From NCBI GenBank assembly GCA_030390025.1, contig CM059433.1, positions 9,116,001 to 9,180,000 on the forward strand: a DNA stretch of 64,000 nt. Reading direction: 5' to 3'. The notes under the pieces are model-generated. The model had not been told where the DNA came from and searched no databases. It was given only the letters and a program-made list of their open reading frames with translations. Of the stretch, positions 41,362 to 54,154 are shown piece by piece; position 1 is the first letter of the stretch, and each line of letters opens with the position of its first letter. A program made the translations under genes and the position numbers. This DNA comes from Squalus acanthias (Eukaryota).

Positions 41362-42043
41362 CTGCAATGTAAAATCCTTAATCAGTTACACAAAGATCCA
41401 ATGTTCAACTTATCGTCAAAATCAACAAAAGTTTTATATTTAGTGAAGCTTTTTAAGTATTATCATTAATACATACATACATACCTTGTATCCTTTAGGC
41501 ATTTTACACTTTTTAGAACATGTAGCAAAGCAAACAAATAGACTGATCAACTAACACGCCTCTCCAACAGGTTAAGATATTAAATGAAGATCGGCTGTCG
41601 CAGCTCAAACTTATTTCTAAGCATGCTTGAACATGTTCTTTATTAAGAATGATTAATGCAGTATTTGAAAATGCAAAGTATTTTGAAAGTTTAAAGCTGT
41701 AATGCCTCACTTAAAAAGTGAAGCATTTCCCAACATAACCCTAACTTATGAGGGTGGATTTGAGGGAGAAAAAGAGGGGGCATTATCCCAAAATTCTACT
41801 TAATTGCCAAAACTATAAAGTTTGTTGCATTTGTTTACCTTAACAGTGGTCAGTCAACAGTGTGGGTGTGACAGATCTCAGGCTCCAGTCTGACAGCAGC
41901 CTATAATTGTGGTCACACCCACATGACTGGATAAACAAATCCACAAAGCTTTACATGACTAAGAAAACTGAAGACTCTGGCTCCCAATGCTAAGCACTTA
42001 CCCAACATTAAAAAAAATAGTAGAGTATTGAAGCTTTGAATTT

Positions 42044-42517
42044 GTCAGCTGTGGCTCAGTGGGTAGCACACTTGCCTCCGAGTCAGAAGGTTGTGGGTTC
42101 ACAGTCCCCACTCCAGGGGCTTGAGCACATAAAGCTAGGCTGACACTCCCAGTGCAGTGCTGAGGGAGCGCTGCACTGTTGGAGGTGCCGTCTTTCGGAT
42201 GAGACATTAAACCGAGGCCCCGTCTGCTCTCTCAGGTGGACGTAAAAGATCCCATGGCACTATTTCGAAGAAGAGCGGGGGAGTTATTCCCGGTGTCCTG
42301 GCCAATATTTATCCCTCAATCAACATAACAAAAAACAGATTATCTGGTCATTAGCTCATTGCTATTTGTGGCAGCTTGCTGTGCGCAAATTGGCTGCCGC
42401 GTTTCCCACATTACAACAGTGACTACACTTCAAAAGTACTTCATTGGCTGTAAAGCGCTTTGAGACGTCCGGTGGTTGTGAAAGGCGCTATAGAAATGGA
42501 AGACTTTCTTTCTTTCT
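42044..42517 (+). mobile_element. DeuSINE (SacSINE1-like) SINE, well-preserved copy: tRNA head, Deu core, L2-type tail
   Basis: A box TGGCTCAGTGG, B-box-like GGTTCACAGTCC, core ..gtctttcggatgagacattaaaccgaggccc..gtaaaagatcccatggcact.., tail gaaaggcgctatagaaat + (ttct)n. Confidence 0.85.
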
Positions 42518-42544
42518 ATATTTACTCCAGTAGAAACTAAAGCA

Positions 42545-42950
42545 GCACACAGGAAGCTAAGATGACAATGCAATTCCGAAATGCAAAGATAAACCCCGGC
42601 TTCTATTCTCTACTACTAACTGTCTTCTTAAACCCCTTTCCCCGGTCTCCTCCACAACAAATGCGAGAAGCTCATGGACCATCCGTTCAGCTGCCTCTGC
42701 CACTTCCCTTCCTTCCCGTAGCTCACTGGGCCAAACTTCCTCGAAGGTTCCCCCCTGCCCTAGCTCTGAACTCTCATCTTTCTCAAGTTTCTCTCCAATC
42801 GCCCCTCATGACCTCTCCACGCTCATCTTGCCCATGAGACCCACTTCCTGCTCCCTCGACCCTATTCCCACCAAACTGCTGACCACCCAACTTCCTTTTC
42901 TGACTCCCATGTTAGCCGACATTGTTAACGGTTCTCTCTCTTCAGGTCAT
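42545..42950 (+). mobile_element. L2 internal fragment
   Basis: C-rich strand; encodes a SCSLDPIPTKLL-like L2 motif near 42845. Confidence 0.6.
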
Positions 42951-43095
42951 TTTTAATTACAAATGAAAAATAAAGGCACATGTAACTACTTTAGTTAACG
43001 GAAACGTGCATTTTTAAACATCTCCAGCATATTTCAGTACCATGAAATTTAAAAAATGGGGAAAAATAGCAAGTTTATTGTAAATAACTTCCTAC

Positions 43096-43203
43096 CTCAT
43101 TTCTTTCATCCACATCCTTGTACTTCTCCAGCAATGCCTTAAAAGCAGTGATATTCTCCTCTTCAACGTAGGTCAACAAGCTATGGGACGTGACAGTGGC
43201 CAT
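43096..43203 (-). CDS. KIDINS220: KIDINS220 first coding exon (MATVTSHSLLTYVEEENITAFKALLEKYKDVDERNE); exon including 5'UTR is 43096-43244
   Basis: Manual translation resembles the vertebrate KIDINS220 N-terminus (..YVEEENI.A.KALLEK.KDVDERNE). ATG at 43203-43201, GT donor at 43095-43094, AG acceptor at 43246-43245. Confidence 0.93.
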
Positions 43204-43769
43204 TTGTGCTGCAATCACGCCACAAATGTAGCCTTCAACTATACCTATAATATTAACAAGAATTTACATCACTTTCAAAATAATGGACAGAGGTGGTCAG
43301 GATGTTAAGTGCGAGAGAAATAAAACACTTTTCATTTCTGGCACCCAATATGAGCATCAAGCACTCCTACATCAGATTATAGTATAGTTACATGCCAGAA
43401 TGAAGTTTCCTATAATTTCCTAACAATGCATTTCACCCAACTTCAAAAAAGCACCCACTACGGTACCATTCATTTTCTGAAACTGACAATTTAGTATGAC
43501 ACTAGGGTCGATATGAACCCAAATCCCAGAGGTGACGGGTCAATCTCTAATCGCCTGCAGTGCCTAGACCTTTTAGATTACCTACCATGTAGTGGCTTCT
43601 TCAATTTTCAGATGTATCCACCATTCCTCACTGCAAATTAGAGCACTTTCCGGGAAGCCACTTAATGCAGCTATCTCGTTTTAATATATTGAATATCTGC
43701 ACACAGCAGTATACAAAACCTACACACAACTGGCACACAGTGAGGATGATACCAATCGACTGCAACAGG

Positions 43770-44570
43770 ACATAGAAAGGCTAGCAGAATGGGCAGATGG
43801 AATTTAATACAGAGAAGTGTGAGGTGATGCATTTTGGCAGAAGGAACAGGGAGAGGCAATATACACTTAATGGCACAGTTTTAAAGAGTGTGCAGGGACA
43901 GAGGGACCTGGGACATATTGAGAGAGTGCTTAGCAAAGCATATGGGATCTTGGGCTTCATAAATAGAGGTATTGAGTACAAAAGTAGAGACGTTATGCTG
44001 AACCTTTATAAAGCGCTGGTTAGGCCACAACTGGAGTATTGCGTCCAGTTCTGGTCACCACACTTTAGGAAGGATGTGAAGACCCTCGAGAGGGTGCAGA
44101 GGAGATTTACCAGAATGGTTCTGGGGAATAGGGGATCTTAGCTACAAGGACAGGTTGGAGAAGCTGGATTTGTTTTCATTAGAGCAAAGGAGGTTGAGGG
44201 GTGATTTGATAGAGGTGTACAAGATTATGATGGGTTTGATAGGCTAGACGGGGAAAGGCTGTTCCCACTAGTTGATGGTACAAGGACTAGGGGACACAGA
44301 TTTAAGGTTTTGGGCAAGAGATACAGGGGGGATGTGAGGAAAAACTTTTTTACGCAGCGAGTGGGGAGGACCTGGAACTCGCTGCCGCCAGAAGTGGTGG
44401 AAACGGAGACACTCAATGTTTTCAAGGGGAGACTGGATAGGCACTTGAGGGAAATAAACTTGCAGGGCTATGGGGATAGAGCGGGGGAATGGGACTGACT
44501 GGATTGCTCTATAGAGAGCTGGCAAGGAGTCGATGGGCCGAATGGCCTCCTTCTGTGCAGTTATGACAAT
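43770..44570 (+). mobile_element. CR1 LINE 3' fragment
   Basis: ORFs 43797..44141 and 44310..44498 carry CR1 ORF2 motifs. Confidence 0.9.
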
Positions 44571-45110
44571 GACATGAAATGTCACTTCATTTTGACCAAC
44601 ACTATACAGTGAAACAGAATTAAACTCTACATTACACACTCCCCACCCCCCCCCCCACCCCCAATGCATGAAGGGAACAGTGTGAAGAGGATGCTCTCTT
44701 TGAAGAACAAAGATCATCCTAAAATGTAGGTAGTCTTTTTTCATCATTTAGCATATAATAGAACATGCATTTGTATAGCTCCATTCATGTAGATTGCCTC
44801 CAAGCACTTTAAGAGGGAATAAGGAAGACACTTGGCAGGAGAAAGGTTAAATTAATGGAGAAGGAGGAACCAAAAGCACGGACAAAGAGATGAGAAAGGT
44901 AGGTAGCAAGGCCAAGTGGTTTTGAGAGAACAAGGAATAGTCACTGAAGGGAGGGAAGCTCTTACAAGGGAACAGAGGGAGTGGGGAACAAGCAGTAATA
45001 TAGCAGTGGATGTGCACAGAGACAAAGCTAGGGAAGATCACTTAAATATGGTGGGCCTAGACAGTAGAGGGATTTGAAAATGAGGAAGAGGGCCATGAAA
45101 TTAATGTGCT

Positions 45111-45112
<2 letters not shown>

Positions 45113-45157
<45 letters not shown>
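45113..45157 (+). repeat. (GA)n microsatellite
   Basis: Seen directly. Confidence 0.95.
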
Positions 45158-45160
<3 letters not shown>

Positions 45161-45307
45161 ATAGAGCTCGGCAAGAACTGGGATAATGGGTGTGCAGGAA
45201 TGTGAATGAGAACTCAAGATCAACTGGAGTTTGTGAAAGGTGCAGGCGTCAAGACAAGAGTTAGAGAAATTGATTCTGAGGGTAATGGAGGCTAACTTAG
45301 CATGGGA

Positions 45308-46199
45308 GTGTGTGCCGTGAGGAGGATGCCGAGAAACTCCAGTATGATTTGGACAAGTTGGGTGATTGGGCAGAAGCAATATAATGTGGATAAATGCGAG
45401 GTTATCCACTTTGGTGTCAAAAACAGGAAGGCAGATTATTATCTGAATGGCAATAGATTGGGAGAAGGGGAAGTGCAACGAGACCTGGGTGTCCTTGTGC
45501 ACCAGTCGCTGAAGGTAAGCATGCAGGTGCAGCAGGCAGTTAAGAAGGCAAATGGTATGTTGGCCTTCGTAGCGAAAGGGTTCGAGTACAGGAACAAGGA
45601 TGTCTTGCTGCAGTTGTACAGGGCCTTGGTGAGACCACACCTTGAGTATTGTGTGCAGTTTTGGTCGCCTTATCGGAGGAAGGATGTTCTTGCCATGGAG
45701 GGAGTGCAGCAAAGATTCACCAGGCTGATACCTGGGATGGTAGGAATGACGTATGAGGAGAGATTGGGTCGATTGGGCTTATACTCGCTGGAGTTTAGAA
45801 GAATGAGAGGGGATCTCATTGAAACTTATAAAATTCTAACAGGTCTAGACAGACTAGATGCAGGAAGGATGTTCCCGATGGCCGGGGAGTCCAGAACCAG
45901 GGGTCACAGTCTAAGGATAAGGGGTAAGCCATTTAGGACTGAGATGAGGAGGAATTTCTTCACCCAGAGAGTGGTGAACCTGTGGAATTCTCTACCACAG
46001 AAGGCAGTAGAGGCCAATTCATTAAATATATTCAAGAAGGAGTTAGATATATTTCTGAAAGCTAAAGGGACCAAGGGATATGGAGAGAAGGCAGGGACAG
46101 GGTACTGAATTTGGATGATCAGCCATGATCTCATTGAATGGCGGAGCAGGCTCGAGGGGCTGAATGGCCTACTCCTGCTCCTATCTTCTATGTTTCTAT
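45308..46199 (+). mobile_element. CR1 LINE 3' fragment, same young subfamily as 1-1960
   Basis: ORF 45302..46108 is nearly identical to ORF 1062..1868; same 3'UTR and tail. Confidence 0.93.
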
Positions 46200-47051
46200 A
46201 GAGAGAGGGGTAAGGCACAAGCGAGGAAAGTTCTGGAGGTAGAGAAATCCAATCATAGATACTGACTGGATGGTAGATAGATAGAAAGGACAACTCACGG
46301 TTAAACAAAATACTATGGCCGAGTGAGCACCACCAGGTTAAGCTTAAGTGGTTGACTGGGAAAGCTAATATATCTATCTCACTCTCCCTATATACACACA
46401 CATCAATTCCTGTAAATGTCACACTTACTTCTTGTAACACCTTTCCTGCCATGCCTATTTCAGTCACATTAAAAATTGTTCTTGTGCAGTTTGAGTCTAC
46501 TTATACTTGCCTCTGATGGGCTGATTCTTCCAATGTGACAGACCCTTAGCTTGGTCCCCTTAACTGCAGCTCCAAGCTGTTCACCAGAAATCCCAACACT
46601 GCAAAAAAAAAATGAAATACAATGAAGAGAGCTTGTGATAAAAACAAAACAGTTCTGTTTTAACATGGTAATGGTTTCTTTATTTAATTCGGCAATGGTA
46701 CATATGCGGTTACAAGTCATCTCCAGTCACAGAAATCATATCCCATCTTAGTTTGGTCAGTCTATCTGAGACAGGTGTCCAAGGGAGGGGTCAGGTCATT
46801 TAATTCAAAATACAAACATCTTTTGGAATTTGTTCAAATATGTGCTCGATTGGCTGTTCTTTTCTGAATTGAACAGTTAGTTGTTTAAATTCACTTGTTC
46901 CACCTCACCTTTTAATTTTGAAGTTATTTATCAGTCTGTCTTTTCCAAATCAGAATCTGTCTGTAGTCTTCAAAAGAAATAGTCAAGCCAGATACCATCC
47001 ATAAACGGAGAGAGGAAAAGAACCACTACGCAAGAATATTACATGTATTCT

Positions 47052-47834
47052 AAAATGAGAAGTCGCACAACACCAGGTTATAGTCCAACAGTTTTATTTG
47101 AAATCACAAGCTTTCGGAGCGCTGCTCCTTCGTCAGGTAAAGTGAAGGAATACAAATCAGCAAAGCATATATAGACAGAGAACAATGTGTAGCGTACAAT
47201 GTCAGACGACTACAGTAAACATTTCTGAATGCCCTCCATCACACCTCGGCAGAGAGATAATCAGGCCAGTCAGGAAGGCATTACATCAAAGACACAGCAA
47301 AATACAGCTAAGACAATGAGGTGGGGTCACAGGGGGTCCAACGTGTCAAATGCTGCAGTCTGTACGGTTAAGCTTTTTACTTTTTTTTTAAACTGGAAAT
47401 CACATCTGTGAACAAGCCAACGAGTCGAGTCGTTGGCTTGTTCACAGATGTGATTTCCAGTTTTAAAAAAAAATAAAAAGCTTAACCGTACAGACTGCAG
47501 CATTTGACACGTTGGACCCCCTGTGACCCCACCTCATTGTCTTAGCTGTATTTTGCTGTGTCTTTGATGTAATGCCTTCCTGACTGGCCTGATTATCTCT
47601 CTGCCGAGGTGTGATGGAGGGCATTCAGAAATGTTTACTGTAGTCGTCTGACATTGTACGCTACACATTGTTCTCTGTCTATATATGCTTTGCTGATTTG
47701 TATTCCTTCACTTTACCTGACGAAGGAGCAGCGCTCCGAAAGCTCGTGATTTCAAATAAAACTGTTGGACTATAACCTGGTGTTGTGCGACTTCTCATTT
47801 TTGTCCACCCCAGTCCAACACCGGCATCTCCGCA
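47052..47834. mobile_element. Penelope-like element inserted as a 750-bp near-perfect palindrome plus a single 33-nt tail
   Basis: 47052-47426 is the reverse complement of 47427-47801; tail 47802-47834; TSD ACATGTATTCTA at 47041-47052 and 47835-47846; homologous to 56561-57057. Confidence 0.88.
47713..47749 (+). ncRNA. Minimal type I hammerhead ribozyme motif; mirror copy at 47104-47140 on the minus strand
   Basis: ttac-CUGACGA-a-GGAGC(agc)GCUCC-GAAA-gc-UC-guga: core boxes, stem II and stem I pairing. Confidence 0.72.
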
Positions 47835-50800
47835 ACATGTATTCTAGTTTAGCACAGAGGTTGCAAGTTATTTATTTTCTACTACACAAGGAGCTGGCGA
47901 AACTTAAATACAGTAAAAAAAAATGTGCAGTGTTACTGTTAATATTCACTTGTTCTTTCACCGTTTTAATATGTCTGTCAGTTCGAGCCTAAATTATGGG
48001 CCTATTCTACCACCTTCTGGTGATGAGGAGAATCACATGGAAGCGCGCGATAAAACCAGCAGCAGCAATAATCTGAAGAGGGTTGTCTGTTTACTTCCCG
48101 GGCATGCCACAAAATCATCTCAACATCTGGGCAAATTAATACACTCGGACATAGGGAGCTAGGGTTCACTTAAAAGAAACAGAGAAACCGAGAAAGCCTT
48201 GATTGAAAACAAGTAACGAAACCCCAGAAGTAGGCTCTATAAATATATTCCCTGTGGCCATTTTAGTATGTATATAAATAATAAATTGTCAACAGGAGTC
48301 CAACCTATAAATAATCAAGTCTTCAAGCCCCGCACACAGTAAAAGTGCAGAAGCAGTTCAGAACTTCTCTGAAGCTGGCTTAGGGTTCAGTCACAGTGGG
48401 CAGTTTGGCAGCCGTAGGGAAAGGGGAATGTGTGGAAAAAGTCTCTCACCAGCAATGGGGAGATCAGTATTATTTAAAATACTCAGTTGCATTTGAAGCA
48501 TAAGTTTGTCCTCGTCATTGTACCCTCCCCCAGCTCCCTCCTGCCGCCCGTCATTGCTCCCAATCACCCTACACTGAGCACCCATACTTTTCCACCCACG
48601 ATCTGCCTGCCACAAAAAAACTCAAGTCACTGCCGTTTTGTCAGCAGCCCCCTCCAAATACTCCCACACCCAGCCAGCCCCCTTCCCAATGTTTCCAGGC
48701 CCTTCCACTGCAACCCAAATGTTGCCACATCCCAAGTTGAACCTCCCATATGCAGGACCCCTCTCCCACATCCCAGGACTCCCACCAGTGCTACCTTACC
48801 CCAAATTCCCTCTCCCACTCCTGACAGATCTTGCTTGCCCCCTCCCAGTGCTCCTAAAAATCACGTTTGCCCCTCCGAGTGACTCCACATCCCACAATCT
48901 ATCTCCTAGCTCTCCCAGATCCCGAAATCCTCCAGCGTTTACTAATCTCAGAACCATTTTACCAATAGTACCACCCCATATGCACCCAACTGCTCACTAC
49001 AGTTACATACAGTTCCTACAACCTAACCCCATCTATCTGCAACCTGAAGCAGCCTGTCTACCATCTACTTCTGTATCCTGCATTTTAAAAAGAAAAGCAA
49101 GAGAAAATTATCTACATAATTAAATTAACATTTAATTGTAATAAAGTCTCCCAATTTAATTCCCATACAAATATGCAGAGTTCAAGCCCAAAAATATCAG
49201 TAACACCAATAAAAAATCAATTTAACAGTCACCATAAATCAGTGGTCCTGTTAATACATTGTACTGTATGTAACTTAGCATGAAACATATCCTCGAATTC
49301 ATCTTGAGCAATGCCATGGGAGATCCATTGGATAGATGGATGGTCTTGTCTCAAGTTTGTCATGTTCTACGACTCATTACAAGTGCAAACGGATTCCAGT
49401 CACTGATGTTGGGCCTACAAAGTTACAAATGCCCTTTGATTGATCTCACCAGTTTAAAAGTAGCTACAATTAGTGGGAATTTGCCTATTGAGAGCAGCAA
49501 AACATCACTACAGTCCTCCAGATCGGACACTACCCATAAGCAATGCCACAGTAGATCTCTAGTACTGCACGTTCATTTGATCACTTTTCCCCAAGCATCT
49601 TTTAACTATTCACCTGCACAATTCCAAAAAAAAATGTTTTGATTGTCACCTTGTGGTGACTTGCTATTATAAAATTCAAATGCTGTTGGAACATAGGATT
49701 ACTGAAAATTTCAACATGGATTGTAATACTATTTCAATTATTAAATGAAATAGTAAGTATTTAAACACACCAACAGGGATAGTGTTTCTAGTTTAAATGG
49801 AAGTGTGGTACAGAATGGATTCTCATCAAATCTGGCCAGGTGAATGGTTACCAACTATTCAACAAACAGACCAATCAATCCTCAATCACATCTCTCATTT
49901 GGAAATTTCTCCCAATTAAATAACACCAATACTACATAGAAACATGATGTACGAGCTTGCTCTCTTGAGCAGTACTCAAATAGAGAGCCTTCTCATCCAA
50001 AGAGAAGAACATGGAATGCTTTACCACAAGCTATCAAGGCAAAAACTAGAACATAATTTAAAAAGGGAACTGATCAAGTATCGTTTGAAAAGAAAGATCA
50101 TAAAATGATAAGGGCAAAGTGTAGAGAAATAGGATTAGAATAGATAGCTCCAGTTGAAGAGCTAGCAAGGCTTTCTTAACTGCCTATAATATCACCACCT
50201 GCAAGCCCATTCAACTCCACAACAAATGCTTATTGTAAGCAAAACGTCCAATGGCAAAGGTTAGAATCCTATCTATTGACAAAATATGGTAAACACAGAT
50301 ACATTTGAAAAGAGAAACAAAACCACTTGTTGAATCCTAAAATTCACATTTGCATGGTCAGTTAAAAAAAACTACAACGAACTAAAAAGGACACAAAAAT
50401 AGACGTGTACAAAGTAAACAGCACAACTTCACCCCGATTTGAAGTTTACAGCCATTGCAGAAACAGGCCACTTAGAACTAAAAAAAATTCAGTTACATTG
50501 CATGAAATCATTTGTTCAAAAAAAACTGTTAGATTTCTTTTTAAGACCAGCTTCATTTTTACTGACCCAGTACCACACCACACGGCACAATTATTCACCA
50601 AACAAGTTAAAAACAAACAAATCCTTGGCTTCAAAGGCTCAGAAATCACAAGTTTTGTCTGTAACCTTGATCAAACTGCAGCCTTCTAAATCTCCAAAAG
50701 AATTTATTATTTTACATGTCCAATGCCTGGAAAAATATGTTGGGGACATTTTCCCACACTTGGACTCGTACAATGACTGGACAAAGAATATTTTCAGGTG

Positions 50801-50859
50801 CAATCACCCAAAAAAATTCTATTTTGCTATGAAATTGGAATGAGATTGAACAGTTTAAA

Positions 50860-51205
50860 TAGCTCCTTTTCTGGGCCAGAGAGGTTAATTGGTATTGCAT
50901 TAACACTTATTACATCGTTAAAAAGCTACTTACACTGCTAAGTTCCAGCCCTAACTTTCTGCAGAGAGTTTAATGGGCAATTAATGTGAAAAATCCAGCA
51001 ACTTCTTAAAAATAACGGGGGATGCCAAGGGTGCCATGTCGTTTGTGCGAAGCAATACGGCGGAGCAGTGCAAATTGACCAGCAAGTTCTGGAGATTCGT
51101 AACTCACGGCGTATCTCTTAATCCCCTGAACTTGTTGGCCGAGTTGCGTGTTAATAACCACATGCTTCATTAACACGCCGTTATTTTTCCAGCACGAGTC
51201 GGTCA
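50860..51205 (+). mobile_element. Fragment of the same DNA-element family as 18140-18878
   Basis: Collinear similarity. Confidence 0.55.
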
Positions 51206-54154
51206 AATGTGTTGCGATTCCCTCTAAGCAATAGAACAGAGACTGGACCTGCTGCTCGTCATGTCAATACACACCCACATTACATCAATGCAAAAGTGAT
51301 AGTATAACTGCATCTAATGACTGAGCATTCTTACATAAAGCATGCTGGGTGACTTTAAAGGACTAATTGAGAAACAAATCTCTGTTGTACAGTGCCTGTA
51401 AAACTTGTGCAAGTAATATATATTTTGAAGTGGAGTAACTTTAAGAGAGATTCAATAGGGCCATAAAAAAAGGCAAGTCATACTATCACTCAATCATCCA
51501 ACACTAAATTTTAAGTATTTGCTCATCCTTCTAGGTTTTGCTTCCAGGCTATTCATCCAGTCTTTAGCCTGCTCTATTTTTCTGGTGTCATACAACACAA
51601 GCCACAAATCGACACTTATTTCTAGCTCCAAGAACAAACCATTTAAAAATCACATTTACAACTCAATAAGCATTTTTAGGTGAATTAACTGCATCTCTCT
51701 TTTCAAACCATGATACATTTTGCACGATAATTTGACCTTTCAACAAAAATAATTTATGACAAGAAAATAAAATGGCCTGGAGCAATCTGCACACTTAATG
51801 TGTATGATGGTAATTATTGAAGTAGAACACAATATATATGTTTTCCTCTGACTTAAATTAACAAATTCATGCTTACAAAACAGTTGTAGATTTGTAGTAG
51901 TTCAAACAAATGAACAGAATTCTAATAGTAAGGTTGTTTAAATAGCACATTATCTATTCCTTATACCAGTGAAGCCATCATCTTTTGTGCAGGCATGTTT
52001 ATTGCACGTCAGAGCAGGGCAGCTTATGACGACCCCTGTCTTATGAAAAGCATTTCAATGTACTTGGGAAAAATGCAACCAGCAGACCATAAATAGAACT
52101 CAGGTCAAAGTTGCCCAGAAGCTAATTAAAAAAAATTAGACCTGCATTTCAAATTATTTTGCTTCCCAAACAAAACCAAAATAGCATTTTGTGTAATAAT
52201 TTACAGTAAAGAAATTACTGCTGATTGCATCCATTCAAGCCCCTTCTTGAAATTCTCTGTACCTAAAGAAAAGAAAATACCAACAAAAAAAAATGAAATG
52301 AAATAAACAAGGAGCATCAACAACATTGTACAGCAGCTGTGATACAAAATTCAACCTTGGAATAAATAATGCATGAGTAGGGATGAATGCTATACTCTGT
52401 CCAATTATTTCAACTCTTCCCTGCAGCTCATGTGGCTTCCTTTGTAACAGTAAGAAAGATAAAACCATAATTAAGGATTTTTATTTTTATCCACTGCACT
52501 GGCAAATTGTACTTATATAAAACGACAATGCATAGAGCTCTATCCATTAAATATTTGCCATTGAATTTCTAATGTTAAAATTTTATATCATTGTTTACAA
52601 TCTGCAGCCATCTCTTGCTGTGTGCACTTCTGAAACCTTGACAAATACATTGCACAAATTATCCTGAAAGCAGAGAACTAAAATCAACTAGAAGATGCCA
52701 AAAATGTCAAGTAAAAGCAATTTTTACAAAGATGCAAAGCTGAAATTACATCCCAAAACACACATTATACAATCCTGAAGACTTTTTTGTTCATCTTAGT
52801 AAGTGCTTTGTTTTCACCAGAAGTGGGTTAATGCCTAAATTTGAAATATTAGACGGAAAATAAAGGAAAATTCGTAAATGCTGGAAATCTGAAACATAAA
52901 CATGTATGATTAGTAACTAGCAACGATGAAATGTCACAATATTCCAAGACAAAATATAAAATATCTGGATGAGTTTTTTGTTTTATTCGGCATAGAAACA
53001 AAATCATAACATGCATAAATAGGACTCAAAAAAGTGAAATGACATTAAAGTCAATTTCCAGCATTTAAATAAAAGTACTACGTAAAAACCTGAATGTTTA
53101 AATGTGCTACAAAGAGATCTGAAACAATACTATCTTTGCACCCTACTATAGCATTTCAGTGCCTCAGAATTATAATTGGTTTGAATTTCATTTGCACAAT
53201 ATCATGAATTAGTGAACATACTGGGTTAGACTTCTAATTCTACTTTGTAATAGTTTTCTTGGGAAACAATCACCATCAGAATTTTCCAAACAGGCAGGGT
53301 AATGGGTAGGAAATAGATTTTTAATCTGCCATTTAGCAAAAGGGCCATGTACCAATCTCTTTTGTTGGTGGTCAGTATTATCACTAATATACATCATTCT
53401 CTTTTTAGTAACTTTATAGCCACTATTATTAGCCAGAAACATTTTTCCTTCAATTACTCGGAATAAATGCAATTTCCTGCCTACAGGAATACTTCCTACA
53501 CAAGAAAATTCTGATGCATTTTGGCAAATGTTAATTTTAGGATATAAGTCACATAGCAATAGCAAACATTTAGCATGGGTTAATAGTGCTGTTAATTTCA
53601 ATTCCAAATGAAGTTAGCTTTCAAGAAAGTGATCCCGTGTGAAAATAATCTGATCATGTTATTTCACTAATTTTATTGGAATGAAGCACCCATATTGTAA
53701 TAAACTTGTTATTTCTATGCTAAAGAATAAAGAAATCAAAAGCAACCCTATCTTTCTCATTTACTGGCAGATAACTTTCAGTGATTGTAAATGATGGTCA
53801 TTTATAAAATAGTTTTTAACAAAAGCAATCACCCCAGAAAAATTGTATGAAAGACATCAGAGTAATATAAAACTCAATTTTCAAAATCACTCTCTTCAAT
53901 ACCAACTTTGCTTTGTCTATAATTCTTTCCATCACCAACCATCCTCATTTCCTCTCAAATTGAGATTTATAATTTAGTGCCAATTTGTACCACGTTATGG
54001 ATAGCTGTGGTTTGCAATTACATCAACAAGAAAACGGGCTGAGGTTACCCAAACTAATTTCACCAGAGACACTTATACCCACAGGGGGGATATATTCACC
54101 CTTGCATTTGTTCAGGATGTAAAACAGATCGCACAGCTGAAAATATACTGCACT

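Noticed and set aside
42044..42115. tRNA-like sequence
   Set aside because: SINE head continuing into the Deu core; not a tRNA gene
47052..47801. Interpreting the palindromes as MITEs or as a CRISPR-like array
   Set aside because: The asymmetric tail, 8-13-bp TSDs, hammerhead motif and homology to a copy bearing a PLE ORF end point to a Penelope-like retroelement; there is no repeat-spacer periodicity
47765..47992. Recurrent ORFs starting MDYNLVLCD (23789, 47765, 56173, 60215)
   Set aside because: They start at a TTG inside the Penelope pLTR and read into unrelated flanking sequence; not a gene family
48391..49123. Overlapping 130-160 aa Pro-rich ORFs
   Set aside because: C-rich low-complexity sequence with no recognisable domain or splice structure
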